Assembly (NCBI GenBank): GCA_964035545.1
Contig: OZ037767.1
Coordinates: forward strand, 26,800,628-26,864,627
From: Bugula neritina
Lineage: Eukaryota; Animalia; Bryozoa
Direction of reading: 5' to 3'
Length of the DNA: 64,000 nucleotides
The translations under genes and the position numbers were made by a program. Below the pieces are notes generated by a model. That model saw only the letters and a program-made list of their open reading frames with translations, had not been told where the DNA came from and did no database searches. Below, in pieces: positions 51,312 through 61,709 of this stretch (position 1 is its first letter; each line of letters opens with the position of its first letter).

Positions 51312-53378
51312 TAGTAGTGGTAGTAGTAGTGGTAGTAGTAGTGGTAGTAGTAGTGGTAGTAGCAGTAGTACTATGCATTACCAGTATCTCATAGTATGCA
51401 TTGTTTGTATTACCTAGCAGTAGTAGCAGACGTGTATCTTATATGATTGCAGAGGTGATTATCGAACCGGAAAAAGACTGAACATGCGTAAAGTCATCAC
51501 CTACATAGCTAGCCAGTTCAGGAAAGATGCCATATGGCTGCGTCGAACTGAACCAAGTAAAAGAGAGTACCAGATTGCCATAGCGGTTGATGATTCGTCT
51601 AGCATGCTGGACAATCACTCTAAACAGTTGGCTTTTGAAGCTCTAGCCTGCATCTCGAACGCTCTAACTTATTTGCAAGCGGGAGAAATGTCCATCGTGA
51701 GGTAAGGGGGCAATGAATCAACATTTAATGTAGTTATGCAGTGACAGGTGGCTTCAGGTTGCTAGTGTATTACAGTTACAGTCCATGCTGTCTAACAACG
51801 ACTATTGAGATGGTCTTAGTGACCATACTCGCCGTGCTCTAAACTTATTCATTGTTTTTATTCTACGCGTGCAGTTTTGGTGAAGATGTGAAAATGATTC
51901 ATGACTTCAGCTCTCACTTCTCTTGGAATGATGGAGGTAACGTTCTACGCAGCTTCTCTTTCAATCAGAAGAAAACCAAAATCGCACATGTAAGTACTTG
52001 TGCCACGTCATGTGACTAGCTGCTTTGTGTCATGTCATGTGACTAGCTGCTTTGTGTCACATCGTGTGACTAACTGCTTTGTGTCACGTCATGTGACTAG
52101 CTGCTTTGTGTCACATCATGTTACTAACATTTTGCTATTGATGCACTAAAAGGAGTTTATGGTAATGTATTTCCTCCAGAATTCAGTGTCTTTTTTTAAT
52201 TGTTTCTCAGAATAATCAATTATATTACACGGTTAAATCAGCCTGTCTTATTTCTAAGAGAGAAATACACTTTGCAAACATCAACCAGGCTATCATTGAA
52301 GCTAGATAGATTATTGGGCAGTGTAGCTTTGGTAACTCCTTCCTGGCCATCTTAATGAAAAATTTAACCATACATTTTCATTAGTTTTTGTTACTAAATA
52401 GCTTCGACTGTAGATTGTGAAGATAATCTTTGCACTCATGGGGCTATCATAACTAACTATGAAGCTCGCGTGTTTGAAAATTCAAAAAATTTGGCATTCC
52501 TGCATATCTATGCATGTTATTTCTTGAGTTTGTTGATACTTATCAACCCATTGTGTGCAATGTATAAGCCTATTATTGCACAATATATGTTACAGATGTT
52601 AAATACGATGTGCAGTAAGTTCCAGACAATGAGACGCACTGGTAGTACATCTGGAAGACATCAATTAGCTCAGCTGTTGATGGTTGTGTCCGATGGCAGG
52701 GGCTTGTTTCTTGAGGGTGTAGAGAAAGTGAAACAAGCTGTAAGAATGGCCATAAGCTCTGGAATATTCCTTGTGTTTGTGGTCATCGATAATCCACATG
52801 GCAAGGTAATGCGATTTATTAGCATATTATATATTACATCATTATCGTGCGTAGTATAACTACTATATTGTGAATTGTGGTATTATGTAGTATATCTTTA
52901 TATTATATAATAATTAATTATATTATATAATAGATATTCATATTATATAATATATATTCATGTTATATACTATATATCCTAAATTCCAATATATAATAAA
53001 ATTAGTGCCTACTAAACTTTTTTTTTATGAAGTTAGGGCTACTACTAGCAGCTGTGTTATCATATCCAAGAATTATTTATGATGTTACAAATGAGCTGTG
53101 GGTGACTGAGTTATTTGTAAAGTCAATAATTTACTAGATGTATCAACTCATAGCAACCAACCTAGCTTTTAATTGCAGTCATTATGGTTGTATTGTAGGA
53201 CTCCATACTGGATATTAAGATGCCCGTTTTCTCCGAGTCAGGAGTACCACAGATAAAGTCGTATATGGACAGTTTTCCTTTCCCATTTTATGTCATTCTG
53301 CGAGACATTGATTCGCTTCCCACTACACTCGGTGATGCTCTACGGCAATGGTTTGAACTGGTCACATCACAGACGTAA
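177..53378 (+). CDS. MDN1: Midasin (AAA+ ribosome-maturation ATPase Rea1/MDN1), apparently complete, ~90 coding exons
   Basis: ATG at 177; exon 1 is 177-317; exon 2 (1151-1275) reads RKWSASDRKAVLQELSKFILKPRYTLELSARCTPLLLQLL, like the MDN1 N-terminus. Six Walker A motifs: GHIGAGKT (2950), GETGTGKT (6448), GETSVGKT (10144), GDTG|CGKT (12822/13079), GSPGVGKT (15539), GPECSGKS (18077). Walker B motifs LLEDID, LLDEIN, ILDELN, LVDEIS, VLDELN. SRAFRNRF and SPALRNRF arginine fingers. Acidic tail at 43-50 kb. RGDYRTGKRLNMRKVI...VDDSSSM MIDAS. Last exon 53199-53378 ends LRQWFELVTSQT*. Exons checked join in phase; one junction near 31.6-31.9 kb is ambiguous. Confidence 0.97.
3285..3519. repeat. (AGT/GGT)n compound microsatellite, intronic
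   Basis: Read directly; source of the poly-V/T/LP pseudo-ORFs. Confidence 0.95.
18450..22808 (-). CDS. Nested orphan class A (rhodopsin-like) GPCR, 8 coding exons, ~635 aa, with a long C-terminal tail
   Basis: Exons 22808-22509, 21873-21619, 20872-20739, 20541-20325, 20229-20137, 20014-19846, 19350-19080 and 18918-18450 sum to 1908 nt and join in phase. Seven hydrophobic segments with TM1 GN, TM2 HQCLLD, TM3 Cys, TM4 W, ECL2 Cys, TM6 FFLFWFP and TM7 SSLTPIFF. Lies within MDN1 intron 18203-24437. AATAAA on the - strand at 18249-18254. The last two exons are less certain than the 7TM core. Confidence 0.88.
26109..26300 (-). mobile_element. tRNA-headed SINE copy with 18-bp target-site duplication
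   Basis: Flanked by the direct repeats TGTCTTCTGGTATAAATA (26091-26108) and TGTGTTCTGGTATAAATA (26301-26318). The - strand begins GGAGAGCAGCCGTGGTCTAATGGCTAGAGCACTGG, a tRNA-like A box. No clear B box. Confidence 0.75.
28988..29193. repeat. AT-rich ~24-bp minisatellite (TATTACAGATACACTACTAATATG-like) ending at an MDN1 3' splice site
   Basis: About 8 degenerate copies; the last ATTACAG is the acceptor of the exon starting at 29192. Confidence 0.85.
34198..34420. repeat. Degenerate (GTA/GTT)n microsatellite ending in (GCA)n, intronic
   Basis: Read directly. Confidence 0.85.
38953..39486. repeat. Intronic 26-bp minisatellite GCTAGTGACATCACCT(AG/GC/GG)TAGTGCTA, ~20 copies
   Basis: Read directly; period 26, with variation concentrated at a few positions. 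Confidence 0.95.
40403..40597 (+). repeat. Perfect 18-bp tandem repeat CAGCAGGTGCCCTCTACC (10 copies plus a partial) inside an MDN1 exon; encodes (QQVPST)n
   Basis: Read directly; lies in frame within exon ~40250-40646. Confidence 0.97.
45210..46562 (-). CDS. Nested antisense gene, 450-aa basic Ser/Lys/Arg-rich protein with N- and C-terminal coiled-coil/helical segments, function unknown
   Basis: Uninterrupted 1353-nt ORF in AT-rich DNA, inside MDN1 intron 44665-47269. A 3' splice site (CTGCAG, AG at 46589-46590) lies just before the ATG. AATAAA on the - strand at 45124-45129. Confidence 0.85.
   Translation of the reverse strand: MLSHTKSNMGKKIIRKIVSAEKGSDRDANLHEKEMKRLQEEENKTLTRLQSEYHKVKHDWSRLANRPLSFRNVSMASYINQDNLVDVQPSDTDHRAHTPGTMYRSNGSTRGPSFNKLQTLGKAHTALLQQLRVSQKTFENSVKRFSHVHRDQGTAFKRSFMAASPIATPPAPLGQKARKSAPANSIMLPRAERNPMNKPSTLISQTHACRGIGSKYVYKQDCKQCTRLINTRIVSLVKSQDIAISKRQPSSKKLVEDTIERPAADNQVYRERSLPTFLHDEKLRRHATLSTKSLPSHSPSTLFNGGEIKRKLSAENFDNTVYHQLNRLQPIHHQLNKHTTQQSASESRNKESKVSFYNVVSRSISPTTNEREEQKFSWKESSSDKNLDKTVETQKAGEISQLNPKRVMKLMKVVARKEELRVNAKVGRFLEDLDEFIRMNKDSQRKRQII
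47982..48014 (-). promoter_or_regulatory. Candidate RFX X-box (GTTGCTATGGTAAC, 48001-48014) with an adjacent CCAAT box
   Basis: Close match to the X-box consensus GTTNCYATGGNAAC; ATTGG at 47982-47986; 1.4 kb upstream of the nested antisense ORF. Similar motifs occur elsewhere in the window. Confidence 0.35.
49628..49718. repeat. (GAGT)n microsatellite, intronic
   Basis: Read directly. Confidence 0.95.
50043..50818. mobile_element. MITE (776 bp), TIRs CAC(C/G)GGCTTTCCATGTACCGATCTCA..., 3-bp TSD ATA; PIF/Harbinger- or CMC-type
   Basis: 22-bp perfect inverted repeat GGCTTTCCATGTACCGATCTCA, extendable to ~50 bp with a few mismatches. ATA at 50040-50042 and 50819-50821. Subterminal GATCGATC palindromes and CATGGAAAG repeats, with an AT-rich non-coding interior. 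Confidence 0.9.
51099..51370. repeat. (AGT)n microsatellite with GGT variants, intronic
   Basis: Read directly. Confidence 0.95.
51453..53378 (+). other. MDN1 MIDAS/VWA domain exons
   Basis: DDSSS (DxSxS) at 51589-51603, QKKT motif near 51965, VVSDGRG near 52690, and C-terminal FPFPFYVILRDIDSLP...LRQWFE. Confidence 0.93.
51999..52128. repeat. Intronic 27-bp minisatellite TGTGTCACGTCATGTGACTAGCTGCTT, ~5 copies
   Basis: Read directly; starts 9 nt after the donor at 51990. Confidence 0.9.
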
Positions 53379-53827
53379 CGTCACATCACAGAAGGGAAAG
53401 GAAGTCGCAGTAATACAACTGAAACTATAGTTTTGTAAAGGCAGTTGTCTGCATAGGATTTACTCTCACATTTATAATGATACTGGCCAAGCACTGCTAG
53501 TCATATCGTATGTAGCAAATATAACCTTAGTTTTACTGATATGGCGTGTGGCTGTGCTACCCCATCAATTGGACTTAGAGACAGGTTATAAGTAGGCCTA
53601 CCTGTGGTTATATTTTCCATGCTATGCTATCTATTGTAGGCCTATTCTGCAATGCATTATTATGTCTTATGGTAATATAGTTTTATGGTCGACTATGGAG
53701 TACAAATGCAATGTACATACTTACTGTCCTGCAATAGTATTTATAATCAAAACCAATGGTGAAATGATTTTATTATGGTGTCCGCTTTGTTTTAAAAAAT
53801 TATGCCATAATTTATCTTATCTCAAGT

Positions 53828-53833
53828 AATAAA
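53828..53833 (+). terminator. Candidate MDN1 polyadenylation signal AATAAA
   Basis: 450 nt after the stop codon; a second AATAAA is at 53889-53894. Confidence 0.5.
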
Positions 53834-54032
53834 AGGGATGTTATTCATTATTCCTTCTTTTATGCTTAGTAATTAAGGCAAACAATTCAATAAACATTAG
53901 ATAAGAATATTTTCAAGACTTCGCCTGGGACCGCTGTGATTGTTGAGTGTCCGTATAGATAATTCACTAAGCAGCATCATTCAAAGTGAGGTAGGTTTAA
54001 CCTCACCACCCTTTACCACAACTATTGCTACA

Positions 54033-57000
54033 ATGCCATCAGAGGCAATAGAAATTATTGATAAACATGGAGAAGTGGTTCGCCCAAGAGATCGAGGTAA
54101 ATCTTACAATTCTCATTCATTTTTCCCTACAGTTATGTTCGGGTAAAATTTTATTTTGTTTTTGACTATAGATGAAAAACCAAAATCATTTTCAATCAAC
54201 ATATTAATATAGATCTGCACTAACTCTTGTACTATGATGTAATTTCCTTTTCATTAACTCGCAGCGTTGTCTGTTGTTTTATTTCAGAGTTAGACACGAC
54301 AGAGTGTAGAGATATTGAAGAATTAAACTATTCTAGACATAGCAATGGTGACTATCTGAAACCTTGTAGTAACAGCAACTCCGTTGTTAGGAGAAATAAA
54401 TGGTATGATCACAGGCTAAGGAAAACCCTCAGCAGGTCAGTGACATAGTTGTACATTTTGTCAGCATTCAATACCGGAATATGCCAAGTCACTTTTTCTG
54501 TATTAGCTTTTCTGCATTAGGGCCTAAATAATCAACTATATGAAGACTAAGTCTCAAAAAGCAAACTCTAAAAAGTTTGAAAAAAGTGATATTTTGAAAG
54601 ATTTTTTAAGCAATAACGTAAATTTAATTTTATTTCCACTGAAGTTTTAAGCATTTAAGATGCTATCAATATACTGACAACTGATGACAAGTATTCACCC
54701 TTCTGCTACAAGAGAATGCTTGTTCTGATATTTGTGCAAACTTTGAAAATCCTGCCTAAATTTTATCTAAAAAACATTACAGACAAATAAATGTTAATTT
54801 CTGTGTAATTTAACAGATAATGAAGTGAAATCTTCCAATTTTAGTTACCAGATCTCATTGGTTTCAATATCCCTACTTTACTGTGTGGAAGTTTTTGTCT
54901 CACCTTGCTTAGGACTTCGACATCATTAAGAATTAGACTCGCCCGTTGGGAGAATGAACTCTTTAACTTTGAACATCAAAATTTGTTCTATTTTTATCTG
55001 CTTGATAAGCGGCTGAGCGTGTTACATATTAGCTAATAAAGTTCTTAAATATAACTTCTTTTTACTAGATTTTATAATGCTACATACTATTATAATATAA
55101 TATATAAGTGTCCTTACTCAAAAAATGCTACAAATTGTATTGTATATACATGTGCACACTTGAACACGTGCTATATATCCACAGGTATGAGAATGAAGAA
55201 AGGCTGATGATTCGTTCTCACAAGTGGCAGCAGCAGCAGTTTTTCATCTCCCAGGTCTTTGACAGAGCTGGGAAGATTCGCTACAGCAAGCCTTCTCCAA
55301 GTTCGCTGTCTGAGCAAAAGAGAGAGAAGTATATTGGTCAGCATCACCCTTCTGAACAAACTTCTACTGCTAAGGTAGAATAGTAATACTGACAGGTTAA
55401 CAATAGCTACACAATGTCAGTATGAGCAATATGGCAATGTCGGTGTTTGTTGTGGCATACAAACTGAAGTTGTATGATTCTATAGTTGAAGTTGCTACTA
55501 AGTTTGTAGTCCACATGTTTGATTATGTTAGCTGTTGAAAAATGGTTTGCAAGTCTTGATAGAGCAACTCAGCTTAAATAATATGATTTGTTTAAATTAA
55601 AACCACTGAAGTTGATATTTGTGATTCACATGAAAGTTTGATTGTTTAGAGTAAGTCTATAGCAGCTCTCAGAGATGGGCTATTTAAGAGTCAAACCACT
55701 TCAGTTCCAGCCAATGTTCTGAGACACGAAACTATGACAAAGAAATTAGATGTTCAAGAAAAACTGGAGCTAAACAATGTCAAAGATCTTCAAATGCAAA
55801 TGGCAAAGTATGTCAAGACAGCAAATAATCATAACAAAGTTGTTAAATAAACAGAAAACATGACTGGAGGTTACAGATTCATACTGATTGGCTCAATTTT
55901 AAGTCATAGCTTTTAACTTTTCCTATGTGCAGCTAAATACGTTAGTAGCCAACATATGTTACATATTGTAATTCTATATTTGCTTTCTCAACTCTTTTCT
56001 GCTAGACTTAATGGACTGCTGCACAAGATAAGGCCATTTGGATTAGTTGCACTCAGTAGTTTTAATTTTTTTAATTTAAATAAGTTTTTGAACTTGTCAT
56101 ATTTATCTGATCCTGTATATAACTTATTTATTTTAAACTGTTTTAAATTTATCAATCAGCCTTTTATTATCAGGGTACGGCTGCCGAGTATCATAGAGTT
56201 ATCTCCTGCTGATAAAGAGAAATATAAATGGAAATCTCAAGTTGATCAACAGCAGGTTTTGCGCAAAAAAGCTGGTGATCACCAGCAGAAGAAGGACTTT
56301 GTTAAAGAGACCAGGTCTAATATTTTCACCAGCAAGTATGTTATACATGTGTAATTTTGTTTTATAAAGGTTTAAATATATTAGCATAAGATTCGATGTT
56401 TATTGGGCTTGACCAACACACACGCACACGCACCCACACACACACACACACACACCCTAGATATGAACTGATGAGTAGATGAGCCTAGCTTCATACATTT
56501 ACTGCTATTGTAACAGATGGCTAACTACTTGGACGAGATTCACTGTAATTTAATAACAATTTTTTTCTAACTAGCAAATTTATATGTAAAGCATTTATTT
56601 GAGATACGAATACAAACAATATACAGATTAAAAATAACAACTTCATTCAGTAGAACTTATCAGATATATTCTGATGCTTTATTGTGTCATAAAATCTGCC
56701 TCTTTGAAATTAGTTATATTTGCCATTGTTATGCATATTCAAGTGGATAATGCTTATCTTAAAGTTGTAGCCGGCATAAACCAAGCAGCAATATAAACTT
56801 GGACCATAATATATACCATATAATAGTAATTTTGCACACCATAGCTTTTAACAAAACTTTGTAGGTTGTGGTTGCTATAGCAACATATCACTAACAGTTG
56901 TGCAGCTCGATGCATTATTCCATTATACGGTTATGTCATTCCCAAATTGCACTTGTGCATTTCAAATTGAAAGAAGCTATATTACTGGAGATCAAAAACG

Positions 57001-57684
57001 GTATTTTAGATATATATTGCGTTACAAATAATTTTAATGCAACTGATTGAACATTTTATACAGATCTAAGAGAATGTGTGACGATCAAGTCTTATGGCAG
57101 ATTGTAGCCCACCTTCCTACAAAACTGATGAAAACAGCGTATCAAAGTGGTTACAAACTCATTGAAGATCGCCAAAGGTAAGGCAATGTATCAAACTCGA
57201 TGTAATAATCTCAAATGATGCAAGTTGTCAGGTTTGATAGACTTTTACCACATTTGCCTGTACTTTGAATGCAGATAGATATAATATATGTTCGAAAAGC
57301 TGTAAAATAGAAGCAATCCAACCTATAACAAATTTATAACATACACATGTAGTTGAACATTTCAATAACCTTAAATGCTATTAGCTCGCAAAGTCCTAAC
57401 GGTAGTAGTTTGTAAGTGGCTTTTTGATATATTATTAAATATATTTAAACTATTTTTTATTATGTTATACGCAATACTAATGGTATTTCATATTAATATT
57501 AACATATCATATAATATACCAGTACTATACCATATGATGTTTCCCAATAATATTTGAGTAATCTATATTATTATACTGCAGGAAATATATTCAAAGAAAT
57601 AAAGAAAGAATTGAGGAACTGAGAGTGATGTCCAATCAGACAACAGCACCATCTCCATTCGATTTCCATGTCATAGATGAGTGA
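54033..57684 (+). CDS. Uncharacterised 312-aa basic protein, 7 exons
   Basis: Exons 54033-54096, 54288-54435, 55185-55374, 55650-55807, 56174-56335, 57064-57177 and 57582-57684 total 939 nt. All are GT-AG and phase-compatible, ending in TGA at 57682-57684. Confidence 0.82.
56415..56454. repeat. (CA)n microsatellite
   Basis: Read directly. Confidence 0.9.
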
Positions 57685-58938
57685 CACTTACTGCCACTTG
57701 CCATTCACATACTGCAACTTGCCACTCACATGCTGCAACTTGCCACCCACATAGCTGCTACTTGCCAAATGTTATTTATGAGTATTGGGACTGAAAAATG
57801 TATGTTTTTAATTAATTATGTTGGAAAGAACAATATGCAAAGTTGTCAATGGTTATTAGTGTTATTTGGTATTAGATATAGTCATTGTATGATTATATGA
57901 ACATTTTGATTTGTTTCTATGAGACATAAAGCTTCTTCAGAAAGAATATATATGCTAAACTGTTGTGCTTGACTTGAAGCATGTGAAAAACTTTTTTGCT
58001 ATTAATGTTTTCAAGCACTGAATTGTATTACCATTATTATTGTTTGAAAATTCACCATACCTGAAAAATGTTGTTTTTATAAGAAAATTACTCTATTTAG
58101 ACCCAATACATATCATTCATACGTATTATGACTATTTAGAATTAGTTCACCAATCAGCTCAATACTAATAGAATCGACTGGTTTCGGTTTCATCATTGAG
58201 CCCACTGAACTGGAAAAGATATTATTTTGAGTTCATTGATTGAGCCACTGAGCTGGAATATACCTGGAGAGGCCAAGGACGTTTTAGCATGGCCAAATAG
58301 ATTAGCTCCGCCTTAACATGGAAAACTTAACCACGCCTACTTGTTTTGCACACAGCAGTAGTAGTAAAATCCATTATAAATGCAAGCTATTAGAGCTTAT
58401 AAATTGAGGTAAACACTAAAAAATAATGAAAATTCAGCAATGTGAAACAGGAACCAATTATTTTGTTTATTTTACTTTTGGTATTTGTAATTTCATGACT
58501 AATTATCATTTTATGAAGCATGTACTTCAAGTATATATGATAATAACTTTAATAACCTAACAAATGCATTACATATTTATTGATTAGATCAACACATTAG
58601 TCAAAATGAAATGAAAAGCAACAGCAAACCAAATTTCAGCCTTAGTACATGAACACTGACAGTAAGGATAACAAGTATAAAAGTTTATAAATAATATAAA
58701 AAAAACCGGTGGTAAGACACAGCTTTACAACACAGGCAAGTAACAGATTTCCTTAAACCTTTCAAAGTTTTAAATTCTGTTTTCAAGTGCTAATCTGAAA
58801 GCAATAAATGATTAAAATAGAATTACAGAATAAACAAAAAGTAATATTATATTGCAATAACAATATTTGTTATCATCTAATGTTATAATATAAATACTGT
58901 TGTAATAACTTCTAAACGATTAATTACCCACAACCTTA

Positions 58939-60446
58939 TTACTGGCCTCTAAACAGTACACTTTTGTTGCTACATTGCCTGAAATTTAGTTTGTGCATAG
59001 CAATATTTGTTAGTTTAGCAATGTGGTGCTGAAATAAGTCATAATATACTTCAATGAGTAAATTTAAAAGGGAGAAATGATGATTTTCGATGCCCAATGA
59101 TGTCTCCATGAATAGCAGTTGTGCTATCTAATGGCTTAGAATTTCCTGAGTTGCCTGGATGTACACCACATCGGGTCACCAATTTTCTAAAGATAGACTG
59201 AAAGCCAGTTACAGATGCGTTATTATTCCATCCACCTAAAACAGATATTAAAAAAATGCTTGGACATCAATTGCCTGTTCACAATTAATGATTGGATTAT
59301 GTTTACCCAGAAAAAATGATGTTTTTTAGAACACAAGCAAAACCTTGCATGCAATTAAGCCAAAAAAGTCATTTAATTAAAAAATGCACAATTGCTTTGA
59401 CACCACAGTTTTGGAAATTTTTGAAAATTCATCATCTTTGTTTCTTGGTATTCAAAAGTTAATAAAATATACTTCATATTGCATGCATTTTAACCGCTAA
59501 GCTCATGCAAAAAAATTCACTTTTCAACACAGTTGGTCCAACCGACCATCTTAGTTGCACCTATCAAAGCAAAGTGAAAAACCAAACACCTGAAGGAAAG
59601 AGATAAGAGAGTAAGAGAACAAATGAACATCTTAACATAAGTGCATGCAGACTGGGCTTCATGCATAGCTGTTTAGAGCTATAGCATACCACAGCTCTAT
59701 ATGGTCTTGCGAAAATTGATACATTAGCAGATAGTCGAGCGTTTTAGGCACCAACAGTTTCTCCACCAACCCAAATACTGTGTCAATGGCACATACAAGT
59801 CCAGTAATACAAACATGTCTGTAAATAACACAAATAGGGACAGGCACATATTAGATCTGAAATATAAGCAAGTAACACTTTCTATGTTAATAGGAAATTT
59901 ACCTTTTGGTCTTGTACAGAGGTATCCCTTCATTATTCTTTAGGCCTAGCAAATATTGCCGTGTATCTTTCAGAAAAGGAGTGATAACACTGATACCATT
60001 TAGATGTAAAGGCTGCTTGTAGCCTTTAGCTATTGCTGATCGACTATTCAGGATGTCAAACAACCGATCAACTCGCTACAGAAAAAGTAACATCAGCAGA
60101 ACATGGGACGATTGCAGTTACAGTATTTTAAAGAAATAAAACCAAAAGCTGTAACAAACCCTAATGAAGTTGATGGTAGCATCACACTGCTGGAATTTAG
60201 AGAGTCCCAACTGTTTCAGCGTATCTAGTGAGTCAGTCACTGAAGCTGACAGCAACTGGGTAGCAAGAGACACCTGAGTAGATGACACAATAAAGATATT
60301 AGTTCAACACTCAATTATAACTGCATTGCCAAAGTAGCGCTCTACTAGTAGTAGTAGTAGCAGTAGGCTAGTAGTAGTAGTAGTAGTAGTAGTAGTAGCA
60401 GTAGGCTAGTAGTAGTAGTAGGCTAGTAGTAGTAGTAGCAGTAGGC

Positions 60447-60496
<50 letters not shown>

Positions 60497-60520
60497 ATAG
60501 TAGTAGTAGTAGCAGTAGGC

Positions 60521-60559
<39 letters not shown>

Positions 60560-60665
60560 CAGTAGGCTAGTAGTAGTAGCAGTAGCCGTAGGCTAGTAGT
60601 AGTAGTAGGCTAGTAGTAGTAGTAGCAGTAGGCTAGTAGTAGTAGTAGTAGCAGTAGCAGTAGGC

Positions 60666-60701
<36 letters not shown>

Positions 60702-60703
60702 GC

Positions 60704-60742
<39 letters not shown>

Positions 60743-60847
60743 CAGTAGGCTAGTAGTAGTAGTAGTAGGCTAGTAGCAGTAGGCTAGTAGTAGTAGTAGG
60801 CTAGTAGTAGTAGTAGCAGTAGGCTAGTAGTGGTAGTAGCAGTAGGC

Positions 60848-60880
<33 letters not shown>

Positions 60881-61420
60881 CAGTAGGCTAGTAGTAGTAG
60901 TAGTAGGCTAGTAGTAATAGTAGCAGTAGGCTAGTAGTACTAGTAGTAACAGTAGGCTAGTAGTAGTACTAGTAGTAGCAGTAGGCTAGTACAGTAGTAG
61001 TAGTAGTAGTAGTAGTAGCAGTAGGCTAGTAGTAGTAGTAGCAGCAGTAGTAGCAGTAGTAGTAGTAGTACTATCATACTGATACTGTAAGTATAACATT
61101 AGCCATTAGCCTTAGGCTTAGCTATTACTACTACTAGTAGTACAGTAGTAGTAGTAGTAGTAGAGTACTACTAGTACTAGTACTACTAGTAGGCAGCAGC
61201 ACCGCTACCACAACTATTAAGCCTACTGTTACGCTAGTTAATGTATTACTTTTACTGATTTTTGTAACTAAAGCCATATACTTACTTGTGAAAAGAGATT
61301 TTTTTTGTCTTTACTGTAACTGCTGTACTGGTAGTTGCGGCATGCATAACACTCACACTGAGACCCAGTGGTCTTGCTTCTTTGACCCTTAGTTTGCTTA
61401 GGATACGGAGAATTCGACAT
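58939..61420 (-). mobile_element. P-element/THAP9-type DNA transposase relic, intron-containing, internally deleted and frameshifted
   Basis: Exon 61420-61286 is a THAP start (C..Y.C.N...; ISFHK|GTAAGT after a frameshift in an A-run). Exon 60273-60160 reads VSLATQLLSASVTDSL...FQQCDATINFIR. Exon 60075-59903 reads VDRLFDILNSRSAIAKGYKQPL. Exon 59818-59690 reads YLLMYQFSQDHIELW (catalytic Glu motif). Exon 59235-58939 reads GGWNNNAS..., then switches frame to ENHHFSLL...FQHHIAKL...SVLFRGQ*. TIRs were not confidently located. Confidence 0.9.
60345..61200. repeat. ~850-bp (AGT)n array punctuated by AGCAGTAGGCT units, inside the first intron of the P-element relic
   Basis: Read directly. Confidence 0.95.
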
Positions 61421-61709
61421 GTTCAACGAAGTAAAGGTGATAGAGAACACAATTAAATAAAAATATAGTTGCTTGAGATATAAAGCAGGACAAAAAACAA
61501 AGTTTAAAAGTGAGATTCACTCAATCGAAATGATGGACGACCGGCTCTATTTTCTCCCGCTAGAAAAAGAGCATGCTCGGGCTCACAAAGCCAATCGGCA
61601 ACGGGGTTACATTACAAAGTACACCCGTACCCATTCCAAATATTATTGAGTTCGATGGATTGAGCCATTTAACAAAAGCTTTTCAGCTTTACGTTGTTTG
61701 TTCGAGGCG

